NCBI GenBank assembly: GCA_965223345.1
Contig: CBDCWG010000007.1
Location: forward strand, 256,001 to 320,000
Reading direction: 5' to 3'
DNA: 64,000 nt
From: Nitrospinales bacterium
Lineage (GTDB): Bacteria; Nitrospinota; Nitrospinia; Nitrospinales; VA-1
The notes below the pieces were generated by a model that saw nothing but the letters and a program-made list of their open reading frames with translations, was not told the origin of the DNA and ran no database searches. A program made the position numbers and the translations under genes. Position 1 is the stretch's first letter. Each line of letters opens with the position of its first letter. Of this stretch, positions 22,361 to 30,703 are shown in pieces.

Positions 22361-22680
22361 GATCCGTTTCCTTTACCAGCTCTTGCGGATTGCAGGCAAT
22401 CCGGGGGTTCATGAGCCGACAAAGAAACCGATGCCTTGCGGGCAACACACAGAATACGATTTACCCAATGGGTAATTATGGCTCCCGGTCGTCGTGAGGC
22501 TTTTGATTCGACCCGGGATGGGTAACTGGAAGGTTATCAAAAGCTAAACCGAGGGCGGAGTCCCTTGCCGGCCAACAAGTTCTCTCAGCCTCTCTAGGTA
22601 TAACATTTCCAGTGAAAGATCAACGAAAACTTAATAACCTACGATATTTCAAACAAATAATTCGATGTGCATCTATTCAA

Positions 22681-24423
22681 TCAACCACCCCAGCCTCCGA
22701 ATTCCCACCAGGATTTCACCTCCCGGGACAGGGGCGGATTTCCCTGCACGGGGACGCGCAACTGCTTCGCATCCAGTTCGACGATTTCCAGTTGCGGGAT
22801 GAAGTCGTGCGCTTCGATCTGTTTCAACAATATGGGAGCGAAGTGCCTGTAGTTCAGTTTCACGCTCACATCGTAGTAAGCCGCCTTCTCATGCGTTTCC
22901 GCTTCGTATTTTTTCGTCCGCGATTGCAGCGGCATCAGGCTGTTTTTCTGCTGGCGGGCCTGGGAGGGTCCGTTGAAGGAAGCGGACAGAAACGGCGCCG
23001 GCCGGCTGAAGTAAAAATTGTCCACGTCTCTGGGAACCGGGAAATGATCGGAGCGCTCGGTGCCGGCGACGGTCTGCAAGCGGAACTTGGTCTGCAGGTT
23101 GAACAGATCGTGGTCGTAGGGGACCTTGCCCTGCAGCACGTCCATGCTCTTGTTGTCGCGCAGGTCACCGTTGGAATCCAGATCGCCGCTCTGGTACACG
23201 ATGAAACCGCGGTCGTCCTTCACGGTCACCTCCAGCCACACCTGCCGCTCGGCGCTGAAGCCTGCGGGAAGCGCGTGGCCGCTCATCTTGTTCTTGACCG
23301 TGACGCGAATGTCCAGGTCGTCGCCTCTCTCGATCGACTCCGGGACCTCCACGCTCACCTCGGCGGCGTTTCTGAGCAGTTCGTGGCGTTTTTGACGCGC
23401 GGTTTCCAGCAGCTCCTCGCTTTTTTTCAGCAAGCGCTCAAATTTCTTGTACTTGCGCTTGTCCAGGCGGTTGAGCTTCTTGCCCGCCTTCAGCTTCGCG
23501 TCCACCTTGGCGATCCACTGGTAAAAGTTGGGATCGTCCATCAGCACCGGCCACTCGTTCGGGCGGATGGGGAACTCGGAAACGGGCAGCATCGAATAAT
23601 CCGGCCCGGAAAAGGTGTGGTCGCTCAGGGTGCGCTCGGGGAACTTCTTGCCCTTGATCACCGCGATGGGGCCCTTGGCCCTCGGGCTTTTGACGCCCTG
23701 CTTCGTCCCCATGTGGCAGTCCTGGCAAGAGACGCCTTCGCGGGCGGCGGGGCTGTTGCGGTACTCGGTGAACAGATCCTCGATGCGGAAACCGTCCGGC
23801 CCGGTGACATCGTGGCATTGCCCGCAGAACTCGGCCCGGCGGATGAACGGCAGCGCCTCGGCCTTGTGGGTTTCCTTGTCCTCCCGGCCGATGGGGACCG
23901 GCTTGATCTTGTCGAAGGGGCCGTACACGTCGTCTTCCAGCACGCCGGTTTCGATCACCAGCTCGCCGCGCGTGCGGCCGTGGCTGTTCTTGACGCGGTG
24001 GCAGACCACGCAGGTCACGCCTTCCAGGCCGACCTTCGTCTGCTCTTTGAGCGGCGTGTCGGATCGGGTCCCCAAAGCCACACCGACGGGAGTGTGGCAG
24101 CGTATGCAGAACGTGCCGGTTGTGCCGCTGGTCTTTTCCTGGATGATTTTGGTGAAATTGATGAACAGTGGGCTGATCTGAGCGTAGGCGTGGTTGGAAA
24201 CGCGCCACTGGTCGAAATGTTTCGGATGGCAGGTCTTGCACACCTGGGCGGAGGGATAGCCTTCCACCTCCGCATTGTCAAAGCCCGGGTCCTTGAACTG
24301 TTCGATGCTCTTGATCGCCACGGGTTGGCCCTCATCCGCAAAACACGGGACAGCGAACGCCACCGCACACATCGGGATCAGGAGAAAACGGGACATCCTG
24401 CGAAGCCATTTCCAGCGGTTCAT
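22681..24423 (-). CDS. Exported pentaheme c-type cytochrome (c554-like N-terminus, heme-free beta-rich C-terminal domain), paralog 1
   Basis: ATG at 24423 after SD-like aaggataagg; signal peptide; CKTCH, CIRCH, CVVCH, CGQCH, CQDCH; GHALPAG...RQVWLEVTV domain. Confidence 0.9.
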   Translation of the reverse strand: MNRWKWLRRMSRFLLIPMCAVAFAVPCFADEGQPVAIKSIEQFKDPGFDNAEVEGYPSAQVCKTCHPKHFDQWRVSNHAYAQISPLFINFTKIIQEKTSGTTGTFCIRCHTPVGVALGTRSDTPLKEQTKVGLEGVTCVVCHRVKNSHGRTRGELVIETGVLEDDVYGPFDKIKPVPIGREDKETHKAEALPFIRRAEFCGQCHDVTGPDGFRIEDLFTEYRNSPAAREGVSCQDCHMGTKQGVKSPRAKGPIAVIKGKKFPERTLSDHTFSGPDYSMLPVSEFPIRPNEWPVLMDDPNFYQWIAKVDAKLKAGKKLNRLDKRKYKKFERLLKKSEELLETARQKRHELLRNAAEVSVEVPESIERGDDLDIRVTVKNKMSGHALPAGFSAERQVWLEVTVKDDRGFIVYQSGDLDSNGDLRDNKSMDVLQGKVPYDHDLFNLQTKFRLQTVAGTERSDHFPVPRDVDNFYFSRPAPFLSASFNGPSQARQQKNSLMPLQSRTKKYEAETHEKAAYYDVSVKLNYRHFAPILLKQIEAHDFIPQLEIVELDAKQLRVPVQGNPPLSREVKSWWEFGGWGG

Positions 24424-24966
24424 ATGCCTTATCCTTAGCTGCAACGGTAAAGAGGGGTCGAAGTTTGTACTTTAGAATCAAATGTCCTTGATGCAGACCG
24501 CATTCAGAATCCCCACCGCACATCCAGGGGGGAGCGGACGCACCTGTGGAAAGGGAGCGCAAGACGCACGGGCCTTGCCTGTTCGCACACTGAGAATTTT
24601 GTTTTTTTGGTTTGACCTGCCGATCGCACCCGGGAAGGAGACGATCGCAAGACACAAGGTGAGAGGATTGTTTGCCGGCAAGAAATCTCACACGCGTCAA
24701 TTTAAGTACCGCATTCCAAAGGAAAATTCAATGCTAATTTGATATGATTTCCTGGTGAATTATTAAAATTTTTTAAAATCAAATGGTTAAATTAAGAAGA
24801 AATTTTGGCGGCCCTTTTTGCGTTGCAGACACTTTCAAACCGGTTTGCGAATTGTGCTAATCTTTGAGTGGTTCAACGAGCCGGAACCGATTCAAACCCA
24901 AAACGAACGCCTCCCGTGTGCGGTCCGCTTCACAGCGCACGGGCTTAGCAAGACCCGATTCCCATC

Positions 24967-25692
24967 ATGACGATTCAATCCGACCGCAACGGCATGTTCA
25001 TTCAAGGCATGACCGGCGCGGACGACCTGATGCGCTTCATGCAGTCCCGTTTCGAGGAAACGGAAATCCAGGAGGCCTACGCCCACCTGGTGGACGCGGC
25101 GAAGGCGCTGGCCAAAGAAGAAAAAATCACGCCGCTACGAGCGTTCTGGAAAATCCTCGACCGGGCCTACGAGACGAAAACCGCGCCTTTGAAATGCCAG
25201 AGCGGCTGCGCGCACTGCTGCCACACCGGCGTCGCCCTCACCCAGCTCGAATGGGACGGCATCCTCAACCGGGTGCAGGAAAACGGCATCGACCTCAACG
25301 AGGTCATCGAACGCTCAAGCAAAACCATCGAGCGCGTGCGCGCAACGCTCAAATCGAAGAAGGATCTGGATCAGGTGGACTGGCACCGTCTGGTGATCAA
25401 CCAGCCCTGCCCGTTTCTCGCCGAGGACCACAGCTGCACCATCTACGAGGACCGGCCGCTCGACTGCCGGCTGGTGGTGGCGTTCCGCGACGCCTGCACC
25501 TCGAAAAAGCTGGAGCACGCGCAGCGCGGCGGCGTGATCGAGGAAGCGGTCGGCTCGACGGTGATCGCGAAACTGCAGCACGACCAGACGCCGAAATTCA
25601 AACGCCGCAAATTCCACGGCCACCAGCCCCTCAGGCTGTTTCAGCACTGGCTGATTCTCTGGCAGGAGAAAAAATCCAAAAAACGTCGATAA
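24967..25692 (+). CDS. YkgJ-family cysteine-cluster (Zn/Fe-chelating) protein
   Basis: CQSGCAHCC and CPFL...CTIYEDRPLDCR. Confidence 0.88.
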   Translation: MTIQSDRNGMFIQGMTGADDLMRFMQSRFEETEIQEAYAHLVDAAKALAKEEKITPLRAFWKILDRAYETKTAPLKCQSGCAHCCHTGVALTQLEWDGILNRVQENGIDLNEVIERSSKTIERVRATLKSKKDLDQVDWHRLVINQPCPFLAEDHSCTIYEDRPLDCRLVVAFRDACTSKKLEHAQRGGVIEEAVGSTVIAKLQHDQTPKFKRRKFHGHQPLRLFQHWLILWQEKKSKKRR

Positions 25693-25735
25693 GACGTTGT
25701 TGATGATACGGCGTTAACGCGCCGATGAGGTTCCC

Positions 25736-26749
25736 ATGAAAGCCGCCTGCCTCACCGCTGTACGGACACTGGAAATTCAGGACCGCCCGCCGCTCTCCGC
25801 GTCGCCGGGCGAAACCGTGCTCACCGTCGAATGGGCGGGCGTGTGCGGGACCGACCTGGCGTTGTTCGCCGGGGATTATTCGGTGCCGCTGCCGCTCACC
25901 TGCGGGCACGAGTTCGTCGGACGGGTGAAAACCTCCGGCCGCGGCGTGCCGCCGCGCTGGCGCGGAAAGAGGGTCACCGCGGAAATCAACAACACCTGCA
26001 CAGCCTACGCGCGCCCCGATCCCTGCCGCGCCTGCGCCAAAGGTCTCAGCAACCATTGCCTGACGCGCACGGTCACCGGCATCATCCGGCACGACGGCGC
26101 GTTCGCCGAAGAAGTGGTGGTACCGGCGGGCGTGCTGCACGAAGTGCCGGAATCGCTCGATCCCATGACCGCGGTGCTCACCGAACCGCTGGCGGCGGCG
26201 CTGCAGACCTTCGAGATGACCCCGGTCACCGGCAACGAAACCGTGGTGGTGCTGGGGGTGGGACGGCTGGGGGTCTTGATCGCGTTCGCGGCGGCGCAGC
26301 GCGGGCTCGAAACCGTAGCGGTCTCCCGCAGCGAGGCCAAGCGCCAGCGGGCGCTGGAGTACGGCGCGGCGCACGGTTTTTCTCCGGAGGAAGCACCCGA
26401 AGCGGTGCTGAACCTCACCGAGGGACTGGGCGCGGACCTGGTTGTGGAGGCGACGGGCAGCCCGGACGGGCTGGCGCTGGCGCAGAGACTGGTGCGGCCG
26501 CGCGGCACGGTGGCGATGAAGACCACCTGCGGCCTGCCGGGAAAAGGGCTGGACGTGACGAAGCTGGTGGTCGATGAAGTGCGCCTGCAGGGCTCGCGCT
26601 GCGGCCCGTTCGCACCGGCGCTGGCGATGCTCGATCAGAACCAGAAGATGCTGAAAAAACTCATCACCTCCGTGCGCCCGCTCGACGAAGCGCAGCAGGC
26701 TGTGGAGTCGGCCTACGAAGAGAGCAAGGTGGTGTTGCAGATGGGGTGA
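25736..26749 (+). CDS. Zn-dependent alcohol dehydrogenase (MDR superfamily)
   Basis: GVCGTD, GHEFVG, structural Zn cysteines, GVGRLG, EATGS. Confidence 0.92.
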   Translation: MKAACLTAVRTLEIQDRPPLSASPGETVLTVEWAGVCGTDLALFAGDYSVPLPLTCGHEFVGRVKTSGRGVPPRWRGKRVTAEINNTCTAYARPDPCRACAKGLSNHCLTRTVTGIIRHDGAFAEEVVVPAGVLHEVPESLDPMTAVLTEPLAAALQTFEMTPVTGNETVVVLGVGRLGVLIAFAAAQRGLETVAVSRSEAKRQRALEYGAAHGFSPEEAPEAVLNLTEGLGADLVVEATGSPDGLALAQRLVRPRGTVAMKTTCGLPGKGLDVTKLVVDEVRLQGSRCGPFAPALAMLDQNQKMLKKLITSVRPLDEAQQAVESAYEESKVVLQMG

Positions 26750-26761
26750 GCAGAGTCAATA
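26678..26761 (+). repeat. Direct repeat copy 1 (3' end of the ADH gene)
   Basis: 73 of 84 nt identical, ungapped, to 28303..28386 by manual alignment. Confidence 0.9.
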
Positions 26762-26800
26762 GTTGGTTTGTTCTTATCTTTAATAGTAAGGAGAAAAAAA

Positions 26801-27310
26801 ATGCTTAAATTTGTAACCGGGATTGCTTTTATTTGTCTATTCACGTTGTCGCAGGCACACGCTGGAGACAGCAAGGTTCAACTCCCGGCAGACTATAAAT
26901 CCACATTCACAAACTACGTCAGCAACGATCGCATTCAGAACGAAGACCAAACCGTCCGTATATTTGCGAACGACATTGCGATGCAGGGTCCGGGCAAAGA
27001 CGGCAAATTGCCTTACGGGTCCGTACTGGTCGCCGAAGTTTACAAAGCAAAGAAGGACAAAGACGGCAATATCGTCACCAGTATCCTGAACCGGAGAGTC
27101 CGAGGCAAGTTTGCCTTGATAGGCGTGATGGAGCGCAAAAAAGGCTACGGTGAGGGTCGCGCCGATGGGCTTAAGACCGGTGACTGGGACTTTGGGGCAT
27201 TCAAACCGGACGGCTCTGTTGCGGATAAAGACTTGAATGATTGCCGGGCGTGTCACTCACCCCTGTCGAGCACGCATCATGTCTTTTCGTACGAACATCT
27301 GGTTAAATGA
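26801..27310 (+). CDS. Cytochrome P460/c'-beta family monoheme protein
   Basis: SD aggag; signal peptide; LPADYK, IFAN, LPYGSVLVAE, GDWDF; C-terminal CRACH followed by HVF. Confidence 0.8.
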   Translation: MLKFVTGIAFICLFTLSQAHAGDSKVQLPADYKSTFTNYVSNDRIQNEDQTVRIFANDIAMQGPGKDGKLPYGSVLVAEVYKAKKDKDGNIVTSILNRRVRGKFALIGVMERKKGYGEGRADGLKTGDWDFGAFKPDGSVADKDLNDCRACHSPLSSTHHVFSYEHLVK

Positions 27311-27335
27311 CACGAACGAGGACTGGAATGCGGGA

Positions 27336-27361
27336 TGAAGGCTTTGGGTCGAAAGCGGACA
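27336..27361 (+). repeat. 26-bp palindromic site, copy 1
   Basis: tgaaggcttt-gggtcg-aaagcggaca; right arm intact. Confidence 0.8.
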
Positions 27362-27410
27362 CTCAGCTATGGATTACCAAAGTAAATCAATAATTTCTTC
27401 ATATATATTC

Positions 27411-27689
27411 TTAGATTAATTGATTTCCACACTTATAGCAGTTTTTGGGTACTCCCGATGTCCCAATCCAAGTATTATCCTCCGGATTTATTATTCGTCT
27501 ACTTACTGGATGTCCGCAATTGAGACATTTGACTTTTCCTTTAATAAACACAATAAATAAAAATATAGCTATTAAAGGAACTAAATAATACGAAGAAACA
27601 TAGACAGCAGCCGCACCGAACACAAAACCATTTATAAAGTGAAAAAGCGTAAGTAATCTTACTTTTGCTCTGATAGAAAGTTGACTCAT
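27411..27689 (-). CDS. Small AT-rich hypothetical membrane protein with two CxxC motifs (zinc-ribbon-like)
   Basis: MSQLSIR...two TM...CLNCG...CYKCG. The longer ORF-track start (27761) runs through the repeat sites. Confidence 0.6.
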   Translation of the reverse strand: MSQLSIRAKVRLLTLFHFINGFVFGAAAVYVSSYYLVPLIAIFLFIVFIKGKVKCLNCGHPVSRRIINPEDNTWIGTSGVPKNCYKCGNQLI

Positions 27690-27734
27690 TATATTTTCTA
27701 CTGCTTTCAATGGTATTTTCTGTATGTCGTCAAA

Positions 27735-27786
27735 TGTCCGCTTTGGGTCGTTTACAGACATGTCCGCTTTCGGTCAGAAGCGGACA
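27735..27786 (+). repeat. 26-bp palindromic site, tandem copies 2 and 3
   Basis: tgtccgcttt-gggtcg-tttacagaca immediately followed by tgtccgcttt-cggtca-gaagcggaca. Confidence 0.85.
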
Positions 27787-27835
27787 AAAATAGTGTCATT
27801 CCGCATATCGCATCAATGCCCAATTTGATTGATTT

Positions 27836-28168
27836 TTAGGAATACCGCCGAATTATGTCTTGGCAGGCTTCTATTATGCCTTCCCGGTACTTGGCGTTCA
27901 CTTTATCGAGTTTTTTGTCCAGTTTTTTCAGCTTTTCCGGATCCCATTCCAATCGTTCAGATCCAGTTGGAAGAAGGCGCACCGCGTCCAGATATTCCTC
28001 AAAGATTGGATAACTTGGAGCGTCGCTGTACTTACGCAGCCAATTGAGTATATATCCTGCTCTCTCACAGCCATGCGGAATTCCAACTTGATTGGATATG
28101 ATGGCACGAGCGTTAGAGACCAACTTTTGTATATTTTTATCCTTCTTTTGTTGCTCTTGCTCATTCAA
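27836..28168 (-). CDS. Small AT-rich hypothetical protein (DUF2489-like, tentative)
   Basis: 110-aa helical, charged ORF (LPTGSERLEWD...L..LD) lying between repeat sites. Confidence 0.6.
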   Translation of the reverse strand: MNEQEQQKKDKNIQKLVSNARAIISNQVGIPHGCERAGYILNWLRKYSDAPSYPIFEEYLDAVRLLPTGSERLEWDPEKLKKLDKKLDKVNAKYREGIIEACQDIIRRYS

Positions 28169-28254
28169 CTAAGAGTGCCTTACGTCGGATTAAGGGCAAA
28201 ATTAGGTATTGGATATGAAATCAGATTTGTACCACAAAATACACACTCCGTGTA

Positions 28255-28280
28255 TGTCCGCTTTGGGTCGAATGGAAATT
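28255..28280 (+). repeat. 26-bp palindromic site, copy 4
   Basis: tgtccgcttt-gggtcg-aatggaaatt; left arm and spacer intact, right arm eroded. Confidence 0.8.
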
Positions 28281-28302
28281 TATGGCATAAGCGAAGGAAC
28301 GA

Positions 28303-28386
28303 CCGCTCGAGGGAGCGCAGCAGGTGGTCGAGTCGGCCTACGAAGAGAGCAAGGTGGTTTTACAGGTGGGGTGAGTTGAGTGAATA
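28303..28386 (+). repeat. Direct repeat copy 2 (displaced 3' fragment of the ADH gene)
   Basis: Translates as PLEGAQQVVESAYEESKVVLQVG* versus PLDEAQQAVESAYEESKVVLQMG* in the intact gene. Confidence 0.9.
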
Positions 28387-28544
28387 AAGTGCGGGTTTCT
28401 ATATTCTGGGAATGTCAATTTAGGTTCGAGCACTCAACCATCAGCATCATCGATCAGCCAAAGCAGACATTTGCCTATTGTCTTCGATTGGTTGGAACCG
28501 GACAAAAGTGTACGCTCGTTAACATTGATTCAGGAATTTGTTTT

Positions 28545-29390
28545 CTACGAAGCTTCGTTAGGGCTGATTGTATGTTTTAACACATTGTTTTCATCATCTA
28601 TTATTGGAATTTCTGATTTGCTAGAATAGAAAAATCGATCTGCCCCTTCGATCAATATTTTATTCATTATTCCAACCATTTTGTCATCGGCTGAAAGTGT
28701 GTCCTCCCTAAAAGGCTCATTTACCCCAATTAACATTATATTTCTATTTATTGGGATGCATATTTGGATACCCGGAGTATTTAGGCCATAAAAAAAGTTT
28801 CTATCGTTATCGCTTGGGTGGATCAGTTGAAATGGTCGGTCAGATGTAACAAAGTCGAATGCTGAGTTACTGGCATTAAGCAGCCTATAATGTTTATTTT
28901 TCAGAAGATCAAAGATTTTACGGATTTGACGAACTTCTATTTCGATCAAATCTGATTTGGTGTAATCAAAGTCATACATATTGGATATTGGTATATCAGA
29001 GGCTATACCGTCCGCTACTTCCCTTGCTTGCTTCATAAGATCTTCAATAGATGACCTTTGTGATGGCACCCTTAGGTAAAGTGTGGTGGCAAGCAGAAAT
29101 AAGTGTCTCCAGTCATCTCCAGAAGGGAGTTTCTTGCTTTCATCGATTTGCCTCAAAGCTTTATTTATTCTTGGTTCGACTTCAGTTGCATAAAATTTCT
29201 CAACAACTAATGAATCCTTTCCCTCAACTGTGTAGTAATCTCTTTTAGAGCATGCATCTTTTGGTTTGGTTAGAAATGGTTTATCGTTATTTATCGGTAC
29301 ACACCAAAATTGAGATGTATCTTCTCCCCCTTCTGTAAATCCTTTTAGATATGAGCTGGGTATAAAATGATGATGTGCTTGCCGAGCCAC
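28545..29390 (-). CDS. DUF4238-family protein
   Basis: N-terminal HHFIPSSYLKGF, RDYY, VEK, LRVP, FVTSDRP; AT-rich. Confidence 0.85.
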   Translation of the reverse strand: MARQAHHHFIPSSYLKGFTEGGEDTSQFWCVPINNDKPFLTKPKDACSKRDYYTVEGKDSLVVEKFYATEVEPRINKALRQIDESKKLPSGDDWRHLFLLATTLYLRVPSQRSSIEDLMKQAREVADGIASDIPISNMYDFDYTKSDLIEIEVRQIRKIFDLLKNKHYRLLNASNSAFDFVTSDRPFQLIHPSDNDRNFFYGLNTPGIQICIPINRNIMLIGVNEPFREDTLSADDKMVGIMNKILIEGADRFFYSSKSEIPIIDDENNVLKHTISPNEAS

Positions 29391-29523
29391 TTTTCAATCG
29401 CTAGATCAGTTTATATTGTAGGGAAAAAATTGAAATAAGTATTAAGATACGGCCTGTCGACTTGTGAAAACCGCAACCCGGTTTTATCACAGTGCCAGCA
29501 GATGATCAATCTCAGAGAGAAAC

Positions 29524-30108
29524 CTATTTCAGCAACCGGTCTAGCTTGGCAACCACTCTTTCGCGGTTTTTTCGTTGCAGAAATACGGAAGGGATATGAC
29601 GCAGAAAAGATTGATAGGTGTATTTTTTTTCTTCGCGGCTGTCGGACTGTATGAAATCCCGGAGTTCTGTGAGTGATTGCCGGTTGAATCCCCAGAGCAC
29701 ATCCCCTCTGATCTCGCACTGGTAATAGGCATCCTTCGGCCAGTTCAATTTTGCTTTTTTCCGGGAACCGCAAGCGGTGCAGCAGACAGCGCCGATATCC
29801 AAATTATGCGAGCGCGTCCAGTACTGACTGTGCTGAAAGCACTCCATCGAATAGCCTTCGGGCAGGTCTTTTATGTTATTCGCGGAATGCAACCCATGAT
29901 AGAAAATGGCTCCATGCCATCGGTGCCCGCAGCCATCCTGGAATAACCGATACTCGAAGAATTTGCTGGCCTTGAAATAATCGATGTCCTTTTTCAGGGA
30001 AATCTTGACCACTTCGGCAAACTCAAACACCGCATTCGCAGAACAATCCGGGCAAACAACGTCCACCTTGTGAGGCATCGGATTCCAATCATAAACCTCT
30101 GTCATCAC
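29524..30108 (-). CDS. Hypothetical Cys-containing protein
   Basis: 194-aa ORF with CPDC and CTACG; LWGFN...L.DFI; intermediate GC. Confidence 0.7.
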   Translation of the reverse strand: MMTEVYDWNPMPHKVDVVCPDCSANAVFEFAEVVKISLKKDIDYFKASKFFEYRLFQDGCGHRWHGAIFYHGLHSANNIKDLPEGYSMECFQHSQYWTRSHNLDIGAVCCTACGSRKKAKLNWPKDAYYQCEIRGDVLWGFNRQSLTELRDFIQSDSREEKKYTYQSFLRHIPSVFLQRKNRERVVAKLDRLLK

Positions 30109-30120
30109 ACACTCTACCTA

Positions 30121-30153
30121 TCACGCTGATCCCTTCGACGGGCTCAGGGTGAC
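30121..30153. repeat. REP-like palindromic element
   Basis: tcacgctgatcccttcgacgggctcagggtga(c); shares cccttcgac...ctc.gggtgac with 59713..59796. Confidence 0.6.
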
Positions 30154-30164
30154 GCCGGTTGGGC

Positions 30165-30683
30165 TCACCGGCCTTCGCGGATCTCGATGTAGTAGAAGTT
30201 CGCCTCTTCGGTTTTGTTGGACACCACCCGATAGGTGCCGATGCTTTTCGGCGGCAGTTGCACGCGCTGCCAGCCGGTCATGTCCTCGGCGGGCGTCTTG
30301 GCCTGGTCGAAAAACTGCGCCCGGCCTTCGATCTGCAGCGGGAAGTTGGTGTGGTTGCGCAGGATGGTCTGCACTTCCATCGTGCCGGTGGGCGTGCGGC
30401 GCACGTCCGCCTGCTCGACGGTCACCTTGTAGCGCGCCACCACGTTGCCGCCTGCGGCCTGCGCTTCCTGGGTGGTCGGCGCCACGCGCCGGCCTTCGCA
30501 GTAGGTGGCGCTGATCAGCTCGTTGTAGAGGGAGGTGTCGATGATGTTGATGCTGTTCATCCGGACGCCCGGCTCGACGGGTTTTTCCTCCAGAATGTTC
30601 ACGCAGGGATCGGTGCTGGCGCAGCCGCCCAGAACAAACCCTGCCAGTACGATCCAGCCCATGGTTTTTCTCATTCCATTCAT
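30165..30683 (-). CDS. YcfL/DUF1425-like lipoprotein
   Basis: Lipobox LGGC; RRTPTGTMEV...LRN.T...LQIEGRAQFFD...WQRVQLPP. Confidence 0.75.
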   Translation of the reverse strand: MNGMRKTMGWIVLAGFVLGGCASTDPCVNILEEKPVEPGVRMNSINIIDTSLYNELISATYCEGRRVAPTTQEAQAAGGNVVARYKVTVEQADVRRTPTGTMEVQTILRNHTNFPLQIEGRAQFFDQAKTPAEDMTGWQRVQLPPKSIGTYRVVSNKTEEANFYYIEIREGR

Positions 30684-30703
30684 AAAAAACCCTCCTCGGC
30701 GTT

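Noticed and set aside
20679..24423. NrfA nitrite reductase or HAO/octaheme enzyme
   Set aside because: Five CxxCH motifs with no CxxCK active-site motif and no NrfA-like sequence that I recognise; too few hemes for HAO or OTR.
27336..28280. CRISPR array or integron attC array
   Set aside because: Spacing is irregular (0 to about 470 bp) and contains whole ORFs; there are no cas or intI genes and no RYYYAAC/GTTRRRY attC ends.
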